From Ilumatobacteraceae bacterium (GTDB taxonomy: Bacteria; Actinomycetota; Acidimicrobiia; Acidimicrobiales; Ilumatobacteraceae), in assembly GCA_963715285.1 (NCBI GenBank), contig CAVQRU010000008.1, positions 13,653 through 77,652 on the forward strand: DNA of 64,000 nucleotides, written 5' to 3'. The notes beneath the pieces were generated by a model. The model did not search any database. It saw nothing but the letters and a program-made list of their open reading frames with translations, and was not told the DNA's origin. Position 1 is the first letter of the stretch. Each line of letters starts with the position of its first letter. Of this stretch, positions 25,311 through 33,888 are shown piece after piece. The position numbers and the translations under genes are program-made.

Positions 25311-25961
25311 ATGCAGAACCCCGTGGACATCATCATCAACCTCCTGGTCGTCGTCGCCACCGTGCTCGGCTCGTGGATGGCGTTCCCGCAGGCGCTCCGC
25401 CTGGCGCGTACGCGTCGGGTCGAGGGGGTCTCGGCGGTGTGGATCGGCGTCAGCCTCGCGATCAACGGGTGGTGGCTGACCTACGGCCTGGTGGCCGGTG
25501 TCTGGGCCGTCGTTCCCGTGTCGGTCGTCTCGCTGCTGCTCTACGGCACGATGGCGGTCGTGTACCTCGCGACCGTCGGCCGGTCGGCGATCGCACCGAT
25601 GGCGCTGGGCACCTTCGTGCTCGGGATGGTGCCCCTGCCGTTCCTGATCGCCGGCGGGTGGACACTGGCGGCGATCGCCGTCGGCCTCTCCTACGGACTC
25701 CAGTTGCTGCCGGCGGTCGTGGCGGCCTGCCGGAGCAGCGACCTGATCGGCGTCTCCGCGGCGACATGGCTGATCGCCTGGCTCGAGGCGGCACTGTGGT
25801 TGGTGTACGGAGTCGTCGTCGGCGACGTCGCACTCACGCTGGCCGGCATCGTGGGCGTGGCCATGGCCTCGATCATCCTCGCCCGCCTCGCGGTGACGGG
25901 CCACGAGCCGTTTCTCGCGGTCGATCCGCGGCGACGGCTCCTCGCCGGCCGGTCGCTCTGA
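25311..25961 (+). CDS. 7-TM membrane protein with two PQ-loop/SemiSWEET-like repeats
   Basis: Repeat 1 is WMAFPQALRLARTRRVEGVS and repeat 2 is GLQLLPAVVAACRSSDLIGVS. Each follows a TM and precedes two more, with an extra central TM (3+1+3). Confidence 0.6.
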   Translation: MQNPVDIIINLLVVVATVLGSWMAFPQALRLARTRRVEGVSAVWIGVSLAINGWWLTYGLVAGVWAVVPVSVVSLLLYGTMAVVYLATVGRSAIAPMALGTFVLGMVPLPFLIAGGWTLAAIAVGLSYGLQLLPAVVAACRSSDLIGVSAATWLIAWLEAALWLVYGVVVGDVALTLAGIVGVAMASIILARLAVTGHEPFLAVDPRRRLLAGRSL

Positions 25962-26054
25962 CCGCCGACCGCGGTGGACAATCGAACAATGGTCACTAGT
26001 CTGACCCTCGTAAACGTGAGTCAACGGTGGCTCCGATTTCAACAAGGAGCCGAA

Positions 26055-26255
26055 ATGGCCACAGGTACAGTGAAGTTCTTCAACGACGAGAAGGGCTTTG
26101 GTTTCATCTCTCGCGACGACGGCGACGACGTCTTCGTGCACTACTCGAACATCGTCGGCTCCGGCCGTCGTTCGCTGAACGACGGCGACACCGTCGAGTT
26201 CGAGATCGCTGCCGGCCGCAAGGGCCCGGAAGCGGTCGACGTCAAAGTCGTCTGA
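26055..26255 (+). CDS. cspA: cold-shock protein (CspA family)
   Basis: [15 protein letters not shown] (RNP1) and VFVHYS (RNP2). AAGGAG SD 6 nt upstream, with a long 5' UTR-like spacer upstream. Confidence 0.95.
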   Translation: MATGTVKFFNDEKGFGFISRDDGDDVFVHYSNIVGSGRRSLNDGDTVEFEIAAGRKGPEAVDVKVV

Positions 26256-26268
26256 GGAGGCGTTCCGA

Positions 26269-26562
26269 TTGGCTCGAAGTCCCCAGTCCTACCAGAAGCG
26301 ACAACGAGAACTCCGTAAGAAGGAGCGCAAGGCCGAGAAGCTTGCCGTACGACACGGCAAGAGCTCGGACTCCGACGAGGAGCCCACTGAGGGCCCCGAC
26401 GAGGACGCGCTGCTCGAGGAGTTCCGTCAGTTGAACGAGAAGTTCGCTGCCGGCGACGTCGAGGAGGACGACTTCGAGTACCGCAAGGCGGAGATCTTCG
26501 CCGAACTCGGCCTCGGGGAACCCCCCGAACCGCGTGAGGACGCTCCCGAATCGTCCGACTGA
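26269..26562 (+). CDS. hypothetical small protein with a basic N-terminus and acidic C-terminus
   Basis: TTG start 8 nt after GAGGAGG, 13 nt downstream of the csp stop. No family recognised. Confidence 0.5.
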   Translation: MARSPQSYQKRQRELRKKERKAEKLAVRHGKSSDSDEEPTEGPDEDALLEEFRQLNEKFAAGDVEEDDFEYRKAEIFAELGLGEPPEPREDAPESSD

Positions 26563-26578
26563 CCCTCAACAATCTGCA

Positions 26579-26616
26579 GAACGACCCCCGGCTGGCCCGG
26601 GGGTCGTTCTCGTTTT
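26579..26616. terminator. rho-independent (bidirectional) terminator
   Basis: 13-bp stem GAACGACCCCCGG-ctggc-CCGGGGGTCGTTC followed by TCGTTTT. Lies between convergent genes. Confidence 0.8.
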
Positions 26617-26631
26617 CCGGTCCGGTGGTGG

Positions 26632-27264
26632 TCAGCTGCGCTCGGCCGCGAGCCAGAACCCGGTGCCGGCACGTGCGGTGCGGCCCTGCCAGGCGCCGGG
26701 GAGGGCGGCGAGGACGTCGGTGGCCGGGAGATGGATCGGTGTCTGGTCGCCGAGGGTGTTGACCCAGACCACCCTGCCCCCGGGTCGCAGGACGCGGTCG
26801 ACTTCGTGGGGGAACAGCAGCATGTTGATCATCAGCACCACGTCGAACGAGCGGTCCGGGAACGGCAGGCTCGATGCGTCGGCGTTCACCCGAGGAGCGA
26901 GGTCGCCGGGCGCGTGATGGAGCATCTGCGTCGAGAGATCGGTCGCCACGAGCGAGCCCACGATGCCGGCGAGCAGGAGCGTTCCCGCGCCGGTCCCGGA
27001 TCCCAGCTCGAGCCACCTGCCGTCGATGGGAACGGCACCTCGTTCGAGTGCGTCACGCACCGGTGCTGCCTTGGTGTCGTCGACGTGGCGGGTCGACCAC
27101 TCCTCGGCCAGCGAGTCGAAGACGCCTGCGACCCGATCGGCGTCGTCCTGGGTCCACGGCTCGCCGAGCGCGACCGACCGGGTGAGCTTGCGCATCGGAT
27201 GGTCCGGTCCGGCGAACGGCTCGGGCTCTCGCGCCGATGGATGGTCCGCCAACTCCTCGATCAT
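26632..27264 (-). CDS. class I SAM-dependent methyltransferase
   Basis: Motif I WLELGSGTGAGT, LPFPDRSFDVVLMINML and RVLRPGGRVVW. Confidence 0.85.
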   Translation of the reverse strand: MIEELADHPSAREPEPFAGPDHPMRKLTRSVALGEPWTQDDADRVAGVFDSLAEEWSTRHVDDTKAAPVRDALERGAVPIDGRWLELGSGTGAGTLLLAGIVGSLVATDLSTQMLHHAPGDLAPRVNADASSLPFPDRSFDVVLMINMLLFPHEVDRVLRPGGRVVWVNTLGDQTPIHLPATDVLAALPGAWQGRTARAGTGFWLAAERS

Positions 27265-27272
27265 CCCGCCAA

Positions 27273-27307
27273 GTGTGACATCTGGGGTCAGACCCCAGAT
27301 GTCACAC
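27273..27307. repeat. perfect 17-1-17 palindrome GTGTGACATCTGGGGTC-A-GACCCCAGATGTCACAC
   Basis: Read directly. Shares a 25-bp core with the copy at 37791-37827. Lies in the divergent promoter region. Confidence 0.9.
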
Positions 27308-27319
27308 GAGGCCGGGTTG

Positions 27320-27348
27320 TTGCATTCATCGTTGAATAGTTATAGAGT
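27320..27348 (+). promoter_or_regulatory. predicted arsR promoter (-35 TTGCAT, 17-bp spacer, -10 TAGAGT) with ATTCA-tcgt-TGAAT operator in the spacer
   Basis: Hexamers at 27320-25 and 27343-48, palindrome at 27324-27337. ATG 27356 lies 7 nt after the -10, so the mRNA is probably leaderless. Confidence 0.5.
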
Positions 27349-27355
27349 GCTCGTC

Positions 27356-27691
27356 ATGCCCAAGGCACTTCCACCCGAACTGCTCGAACACGTGGCCGAA
27401 CGATTCCGCGTGCTCGGTGACTCGACCCGACTGAGCATCATCCGCACGCTCCTCGACGAGGGCGAGATGAACGTCGGCGAGCTCGTCGACCAACTCGGCA
27501 CGAGCCAGGCCAACGTCTCGAAGCATCTGCGCATCCTGCACGACGCTCGCATCGTCACTCGGCGTGCGGAAGGCACCGCCGCCTACTACTCGGTCACCGA
27601 CCCGAGTCTGATGCCGGTCTGCGCGATCGTCTGCGATCGTCTGCGCGACCAGGCGGCTGCCGACGCCCGAACGTTCGCCGCCTCCACCTGA
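27356..27691 (+). CDS. ArsR/SmtB family transcriptional regulator
   Basis: FRVLGDSTRLSIIRTLLDEGEMNVGELVDQLGTSQANVSKHLRILHDARIV. Confidence 0.9.
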   Translation: MPKALPPELLEHVAERFRVLGDSTRLSIIRTLLDEGEMNVGELVDQLGTSQANVSKHLRILHDARIVTRRAEGTAAYYSVTDPSLMPVCAIVCDRLRDQAAADARTFAAST

Positions 27692-27701
27692 TCTCCATCC
27701 A

Positions 27702-27737
27702 CCCATCACCCCCAAGTCACCCATCACCCCCAAGTCA
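27702..27737. repeat. 2 x 18-bp perfect tandem repeat CCCATCACCCCCAAGTCA in the arsR-mmpL spacer
   Basis: Read directly. C-rich 71-nt intergenic region. Confidence 0.9.
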
Positions 27738-27762
27738 ACCCCCGACCCACCCTGAGGAACCC

Positions 27763-29955
27763 ATGACCATCGATACCGACGCTCCCGTCGACGGATCATC
27801 GCTTCATGAAGATGAAACGTTGATCGATCGACCCCACCACGACGACATGGACACCGACGTCGAGCACCCACCGCTCGCGCGGATGGGGCGATGGGCGCAC
27901 TCCCATCGCAAGTTCGTCATCATCGCCTGGGCCGTCCTGGCCATCGGGCTCGGCTTCTTCGCGCCCCGGCTCGAGCACGCCCTCTCGGGCGCGATGTGGG
28001 AGGTCAACGGCAGCGAGTCGCTCGCCGCTCGTGACGTGATCGACGAGCAGTTCGGCGGCCTGTCGTCTCAGTCTGCGGTCGTCGTGATCCAGAGCCAGTC
28101 GACGCCGATCGACGATCCCGCCTTCCAGCAGGTGATCACCGACGTCAACGCGCTCATCGCCGCCGAGCCCGGATTCGGCCAGCCGATGCCGGCCCAGCCT
28201 GGCATGGACGGGATGACCGTGATGATCCAGGCCGGCGCCGAGGTCGATCCGACCGAGGCCGTTCGGTCGGCCGGCGATCTCGGTGACGAGATCTCCGACC
28301 TGTCGGCCGAGGTCGCCGGTGACGAGATCACGGTCGCACTGACCGGCTCACCCGCGTTCTGGGACGACTTCAACGAGGTCAACCGCGAAGGGATGATGAA
28401 GGCCGAGATCCTCACGTGGCCCGTCACGGCGATCATCCTCGTGATCGCCTTCGGTACGCTCGCCGCCGCCGGGCTCCCGCTGGTGCTCACCGCCGCCGGC
28501 CTGCTCGCCTCGATGGGTGTGCTCTACGGGATCACCCAGATCACCGACCTGTCGATCTGGACGCTCAACTTCGCGATGATGTTCGCCCTCGCACTGGGTA
28601 TCGACTACGCGCTCTTCATCGTCACCCGGTATCGAGCGGCGCTCCACGCCCACCCCGAGGATCCGCAACACGCGGCGGGCATCGCCATGGACACCGCCGG
28701 CAAGGCCGTGCTCTTCTCCGGTATCACCGTGCTCATCAGCCTGTCCGCCGTGTTGCTCGTCCCGATCCCGGCATTCCGTTCGATGGCGGCCGGCATGATG
28801 CTGTCGGTCAGCTTCGTGCTCCTCGCGGCCCTCACCCTGCTGCCCGCACTGCTGGGCCCCGGCATCGACAAGTTCGCACTGCCGTGGCACAGCAAGGGCG
28901 ACCACCACAGCGAGTTCTTCGCTCGCCTCGCCGACCGGATCCAGGCCCACAAGGTGCTCGTCGCTGCGGCGGCCGTCACGATCCTGCTGGCCCTCGCGCT
29001 CCCGCTGCTCGGTCTCAAGACCGGGATGCCCGGCATCACGGTGCTCCCCGAGGACGAACAGGCCCGCATGGGGTACGACATGATCGCCGACGGCTTCGGC
29101 CCGGGTGGACCCGGCCCGATCCAGGTGATCGTCCCCGCCGACCAGGATCCCCAGGCGGTCGCCGACCAGATGATGGCCACCGAGGGCGTCGTGATGGCCT
29201 TCCCGCCCCAGCCGGGCATGGAGGGCGCACACATCATCCAGGCCGTCGGCGCCTACGACCCGTCGTCGGACGAGGCCCTCGCGCTGATCCCGACGCTGCG
29301 GACCGACCTCCCGGAGGGGGTCCTCGTCGGTGGCCCCGTCGCCGAGAACTACGACCTCGACCAGACGCTCAGCCAGAAGGCGCCGCTCGTGATGGGGGTC
29401 GTCCTGGTGCTGGGCTTCATCCTCCTGATGATCGCTCTACAGGCAGTGATCGTCGCCTTCGTCGGCGTGATCTTCAACCTGCTCTCGGTGGGGGCCGCCT
29501 TCGGTGTCGGTGCCCTCGTGTTCCAGCACGGGATCGGTGCGGGCCTCCTGAGCTTCGACAGCCAGGGGTATCTCACCTCCTGGGCGCCGCTGTTCTTCTT
29601 CGCCCTGGTGTTCGCCATCTCGATGGACTACACGGTGTTCCTGCTCGCTTCGACACGTGAGCACTTCGAACGCTCGGGCGATGCGGCCGAGGCCGTGCGC
29701 GGATCGCTCGGCCACGTCGGACGCCCGATCGTCGCCGCTGCCGGCGTCATGATCGCCGTGTTCTACACCTTCGCCATCGCCGGCACGTTGCCGATGAAGG
29801 AGATGGGCCTGATCCTCGGCACCGCGGTGCTGCTCGACGCCTTCCTGATCCGGTTGGTGCTCGTCCCGGCAACGCTCTACATCATCGGCAACCGGGCGTG
29901 GTGGCTGCCGCGCTGGATCGACCGGATCCTGCCGAACGTCAAGTTCGCTCACTGA
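27763..29955 (+). CDS. MMPL-family (RND superfamily) membrane transporter
   Basis: 730 aa with two 6-TM bundles and periplasmic loops. Duplicated hallmark GIDYALFIVTRYR / SMDYTVFLLASTREHF. Confidence 0.9.
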   Translation: MTIDTDAPVDGSSLHEDETLIDRPHHDDMDTDVEHPPLARMGRWAHSHRKFVIIAWAVLAIGLGFFAPRLEHALSGAMWEVNGSESLAARDVIDEQFGGLSSQSAVVVIQSQSTPIDDPAFQQVITDVNALIAAEPGFGQPMPAQPGMDGMTVMIQAGAEVDPTEAVRSAGDLGDEISDLSAEVAGDEITVALTGSPAFWDDFNEVNREGMMKAEILTWPVTAIILVIAFGTLAAAGLPLVLTAAGLLASMGVLYGITQITDLSIWTLNFAMMFALALGIDYALFIVTRYRAALHAHPEDPQHAAGIAMDTAGKAVLFSGITVLISLSAVLLVPIPAFRSMAAGMMLSVSFVLLAALTLLPALLGPGIDKFALPWHSKGDHHSEFFARLADRIQAHKVLVAAAAVTILLALALPLLGLKTGMPGITVLPEDEQARMGYDMIADGFGPGGPGPIQVIVPADQDPQAVADQMMATEGVVMAFPPQPGMEGAHIIQAVGAYDPSSDEALALIPTLRTDLPEGVLVGGPVAENYDLDQTLSQKAPLVMGVVLVLGFILLMIALQAVIVAFVGVIFNLLSVGAAFGVGALVFQHGIGAGLLSFDSQGYLTSWAPLFFFALVFAISMDYTVFLLASTREHFERSGDAAEAVRGSLGHVGRPIVAAAGVMIAVFYTFAIAGTLPMKEMGLILGTAVLLDAFLIRLVLVPATLYIIGNRAWWLPRWIDRILPNVKFAH

Positions 29956-30008
29956 CCGGGGCGAACTCTCAACACGTCGAGGTTCCCTCCAATCGCCTCG
30001 GCTGAACC

Positions 30009-30041
30009 GGTGCGGACGCCCCTCCCCAGGGCGTCCGCACC
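30009..30041. terminator. hairpin (perfect 13-bp stem, no U-tract) between convergent mmpL and the cyclase-STAND gene
   Basis: GGTGCGGACGCCC-ctcccca-GGGCGTCCGCACC. Confidence 0.5.
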
Positions 30042-30066
30042 GACGCGTCCGGGCGATCCCCGGCAC

Positions 30067-30109
30067 AGCGATGAGTGAATCCACCGCATACGGGGGACTC
30101 GCTCATCGC
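30067..30109. repeat. REP-like hairpin element, GCGATGAGCGA family (inverted orientation)
   Basis: AGCGATGAGTGAATCCACCGCATACGGGGGACTCGCTCATCGC. Its reverse complement is near-identical to 14742-14785. Confidence 0.85.
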
Positions 30110-30156
30110 CAAGCTGGTTGTCCGGCGGGGCTGCTCGGGCCGACGTCTGCGATTCG

Positions 30157-32964
30157 TCAGGTGGCTTCGAGAGGAAGATCGAAGTGTCGGAGTTCTGCCT
30201 CGTGCGCGACCGCTTGGAGTTCTCGGGGAGTCATGGCCGCCGCGCGGGCCCGTAGTTCGTGGAGGTGTTCCGGCCCGAGCTGGGCATCGAGCCAGGGATC
30301 GAGTTCGACGAGGGGCCGCGCCAGGAACCATCCGAAGTACTCCTGCGGATACCTCGCCCGGATCGTGGCCGCGGCGTCCGCCTCGCCGAGGGTCCGAAGG
30401 ATGATCGCGTGGAGCTGTAGTCCGCCGTGCACGGAGTTTCGATCGGAGTATCGGTGGGACAGGTCGATGAGTTCGTCGGTCAGCCGGATCGCTGCCTCGA
30501 GATGGCCCCGCCGATGTTCGGCCGTGGCGACGAGTTGGAGGGCAGCGAGCCAGTCCGAGGATCCCACGACCCGCATGTCGAGCAATGAGCGAGCCTCTGT
30601 CAGCATGAGTTCGTAGTCGGCCTCGATGTACGCGACGAGCGCCGCACCCCAGTGGGCCTCGGCGCGAAGGACCTCCGACGGGTGTCGACGAGCTTCCTCG
30701 ATGCGCGTCGTCCAATCGTCGATGATCTCCTCGTGGCGGCCGGCGAACGCATGGCGCGTGTACATGATGAGCGTGAGGAAGAGGGCACGGGTCGGGTCGA
30801 ATCCATCTCGTGTCGCAAGGCGAGACATCGTCCACTCGACGGCGAGATCCTCGTACCCGATCGTGTTCAGGAGAAAGATGACGGGGCGGCAGAGCGAACT
30901 CGGAAGGAGGTCGTAGCCACCGGCCGCGTCGACCGCGCGCCGGGCGATACGTTGGATCTCCTCGTACTCGCCGTTCCGGATGTGATCGATGCCGTGGAGT
31001 GTGAGCAGGTGGGGCAGGTACGCCGACGAGTCGGCGTCGGGCAGCGTCAAGGCCTCGGCCGCCCACCCGTTGATCGGCCAGTCGATCACGTGAAAGACCT
31101 CTGAAACGGGAGCAATCAGTTGAGCGGCGGCATCGACATCACCGACGCTGAGCGCATGCTCGAACGTGCGCCGCACGTTCGGGATCTCGAGGTTGAGGCG
31201 GTCGGCGGCGGACTTGATCGAGTGTGTTCTCATGTCGTCGACCAGCGTCTGCATCATCCGGACATGGTGAGCATGCAATGAGCGCATCGTCGTGATGGTG
31301 TCGCCCGATTCGTCGAAGCGATCCTCGGCGTAGCTGCGGATCGTCTCCAGGTAGCGATAGCGGCGGACACCGTCGACGTTGTCGACCGTGAGCAACGACT
31401 TGTCGGCGAGCGCGGCGAGCACATCGAGCACCTCGACGTCGGAGCGGCCGTCGAGCACCGCCATGGCGCTGCTCAAATCGAAGCTGGCGGCGAACACCGA
31501 GAGCCGCGCGAAGGCGTCGCGGTCGTCGGCGTCGAGGAGTTCGTAGCTCCAGTCGACGGTCGTGCGCAACGTCCTCTGTCGGTCGCTCGAGCGGCGCCGG
31601 CGGCCGCCTGTGAGCACGTCGAACCGAGCGGTGAGCCGCTCGAGCAGCTCAGTCGGGGTGAGCATCGATATTCGTGCGGCCGCCAACTCGATCGCCAGCG
31701 GCAACCCGTCGACCCGTCGGCAGATCTCGAGCACGACGCCGAGGTCGTCGGATCCGAACTCGACCGAGTCGTCGCGCGCCCTGACCCGTTCGCAGAACAG
31801 TTCGACGGCCGGAGCGGTGACGTCGTTCGTGCCGAGTCCGGGCACGACGACGATGTGTTCGCCGGCGACGCCGAGCCCTTCGCGACTGGTCGCGAGGATC
31901 CGGCAGTTGGGGGAGACCTGCAGAAGTTGTTCGGCGACTTCTGCGGTGGCTTCGACGACGTGCTCGCAGTTGTCGACGACGATGAGCACGCGCCGGTGCG
32001 ACACGGCCATCGCCACGGCATCCATCGTCGGTGACGACAACCGCAGCGCCTGTGAGAACGCGGGGAGAACGTTGTCCTCGCCGGTCACCTTGTCGAGCCC
32101 GACGAAGACGGTGAGATCGAAGCGGTCCGAGATCCGCTCGGCGACCGTGAGCGCCGCGCTGGTCTTGCCGATGCCGCCCGGGCCGAGGAGTGTGACGAGT
32201 CGCTCGTCGTGCATCGCTGCCTCGACGGCGGCGAGAACGTCGTCGCGCCCGACCAGCGCGGTCAGCATCGTCGGCAGTGCCGATGGCTGATGATCGACCC
32301 GCAACGGAGGGTACTGGTCGCGCCCGAACTGAAAGATGCGCTCCGGGCTGGCGAGGCCCTTCAACGCGTGCTCACCGAGATCGGCCACGTCGGCGGTGAC
32401 ACCATCGTCGCCGATCAACCCGAGCGTCACCGCCGACATGAGGATCTGTCCGCCGTGCCCCGCGTCGGCGATGCGGGCGCAACGGTTGACCGTCGGCCCG
32501 TACAAGTCGCCGTCGCGCTCGATCACCTCGCCGGTGTGGAGCCCGATGCGCACCGGGAGCTCGAGCGCATCTTGCGCCTCGCGGGCAGCATCGAGCGCCT
32601 GTGCCGCAGACCAGAACACGACACCCATACCGTCGCCGGTGTGCTTGAACACACGCCCACCGTGCGCCTCGATGACGCGTTGGATGGTCCGGTCGTGGTC
32701 GGCCAACGCGGCCTCCATCGAAACCGCATCCTCACGCCACCGCCCCATGGACCCCTCGATGTCGGTGAACAGAATCGTCACGGTCGCCCCCGCCGGCAGA
32801 CCGGGAACCGGGACGACAGCGCCTGACTGCCCGCCGAGGTCACCCGGAAGCCACGCCGCCTCATCCTGGCCGCGCCCGAAGGTCGACAGGTCCGGATCGC
32901 TGTCCGAGGCCGCGAGCAGCTCGGCCTCGAGTGCTCGCAGCAGCGAACTCGCGTCGGGCCCCAT
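30157..32964 (-). CDS. class III nucleotide cyclase fused to a STAND/AAA ATPase and a helical-repeat (TPR-like) region (935 aa)
   Basis: Cyclase motifs ILFTDIEGSM, FKHTGDGMGVVF, GLHTGEV and GPTVNRCARI. Walker A GPGGIGKTS, Walker B-like VLIVVDNCEHV, then a long alpha-helical C-terminal region. Confidence 0.85.
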   Translation of the reverse strand: MGPDASSLLRALEAELLAASDSDPDLSTFGRGQDEAAWLPGDLGGQSGAVVPVPGLPAGATVTILFTDIEGSMGRWREDAVSMEAALADHDRTIQRVIEAHGGRVFKHTGDGMGVVFWSAAQALDAAREAQDALELPVRIGLHTGEVIERDGDLYGPTVNRCARIADAGHGGQILMSAVTLGLIGDDGVTADVADLGEHALKGLASPERIFQFGRDQYPPLRVDHQPSALPTMLTALVGRDDVLAAVEAAMHDERLVTLLGPGGIGKTSAALTVAERISDRFDLTVFVGLDKVTGEDNVLPAFSQALRLSSPTMDAVAMAVSHRRVLIVVDNCEHVVEATAEVAEQLLQVSPNCRILATSREGLGVAGEHIVVVPGLGTNDVTAPAVELFCERVRARDDSVEFGSDDLGVVLEICRRVDGLPLAIELAAARISMLTPTELLERLTARFDVLTGGRRRRSSDRQRTLRTTVDWSYELLDADDRDAFARLSVFAASFDLSSAMAVLDGRSDVEVLDVLAALADKSLLTVDNVDGVRRYRYLETIRSYAEDRFDESGDTITTMRSLHAHHVRMMQTLVDDMRTHSIKSAADRLNLEIPNVRRTFEHALSVGDVDAAAQLIAPVSEVFHVIDWPINGWAAEALTLPDADSSAYLPHLLTLHGIDHIRNGEYEEIQRIARRAVDAAGGYDLLPSSLCRPVIFLLNTIGYEDLAVEWTMSRLATRDGFDPTRALFLTLIMYTRHAFAGRHEEIIDDWTTRIEEARRHPSEVLRAEAHWGAALVAYIEADYELMLTEARSLLDMRVVGSSDWLAALQLVATAEHRRGHLEAAIRLTDELIDLSHRYSDRNSVHGGLQLHAIILRTLGEADAAATIRARYPQEYFGWFLARPLVELDPWLDAQLGPEHLHELRARAAAMTPRELQAVAHEAELRHFDLPLEAT

Positions 32965-33084
32965 GTCGTCACCCTAGGTGACGCAGAACAGACGCCTCGG
33001 CGGGGATCCTCGGTCAACCCTCGAACCGAGCCGCATCGGGTTCGTCAGCGGCGAGTACCCATGGATCTCACCGTCGAGCTGAAC

Positions 33085-33888
33085 TCACCGCCGGGTGACG
33101 GCGGCGAACGTGACCGCAGCGGCCTGCGCGACGTTGAGCGAGTCGACGTCGGGCTCGATCGGGATGCGAACGCGGCGATCAGCGGCGGCGATCACCGCGC
33201 GGCTCAGGCCCGGGCCCTCCGCGCCGAGGCACACTGCCACGCGATCGGGAACGGTGACGCTCCACAGGTCGACCGACCCTGGCGAAGGCGTCATCGCCCA
33301 GGTCTCGAAGCCGGCCTCACCGAGCTGATCGAGCACCGTCGACCACGCCTCGACGCGAGCGATCGGCAACGTCAGGACTTCGCCCATGCTGACGCGCACG
33401 GTTCGGCGACTGTACGGATCCGTGCAGGTGGGATCGATCACGAGTCCATCGATCCCGAAGGCGCGAGCGGCCCGAGCGATCGCACCGAGATTCTCGGCGT
33501 CGTTGAGGCCTTCGAGCACGGCGAGCCGTCTCGTAGTGGCGGTCACGTCGGAGAGCGACGCCGGCGGCCGTCGTGTCGCACTGGCGATCACACCACGGTG
33601 CAGGTCGAAGCCGACCACCTCGGCGATCACGTCGCGGTCGGCGACGTACACCGGCACACCGAGCGCAGCGAGCGCTGCGGTGTTGGCAGCGAAGCGTTCG
33701 ACGCGCGACGGAGCAAGCAGCACCGATCGCACGGCATGGCCCGACTCGATCAGTCGGTCGATCGCCACGTACCCCTCGACGATGAACGACTCATCGCCCT
33801 CGTAGCGTCGCCGGTACCCCTGGTCGTTCAGCGAGCGGTAGTCGGCGAGCCGCGGATCGTCGGCTCGCTCGACCGGTGTGGTGGTCAA
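33085..33888 (-). CDS. TrmH/SpoU-family RNA 2'-O-methyltransferase
   Basis: [30 protein letters not shown] and [21 protein letters not shown] start overlaps the upstream stop. Confidence 0.85.
   Translation of the reverse strand: MTTTPVERADDPRLADYRSLNDQGYRRRYEGDESFIVEGYVAIDRLIESGHAVRSVLLAPSRVERFAANTAALAALGVPVYVADRDVIAEVVGFDLHRGVIASATRRPPASLSDVTATTRRLAVLEGLNDAENLGAIARAARAFGIDGLVIDPTCTDPYSRRTVRVSMGEVLTLPIARVEAWSTVLDQLGEAGFETWAMTPSPGSVDLWSVTVPDRVAVCLGAEGPGLSRAVIAAADRRVRIPIEPDVDSLNVAQAAAVTFAAVTRR

Noticed and set aside
25962-26054. cspA 5' UTR as a specific RNA thermosensor.
   Set aside because: This is plausible by analogy with E. coli cspA, but I cannot identify a conserved cold-box or alternative folds by eye. 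It is left as an unannotated leader.
27692-27762. 6C-type small RNA (C-rich tracts CACCCCCAAG x2, AACCCCCGACCCACCC).
   Set aside because: No flanking stems place the C-runs in loops. The region is only 71 nt between arsR and mmpL, and it is more simply an 18-bp tandem duplication in a 5' UTR.
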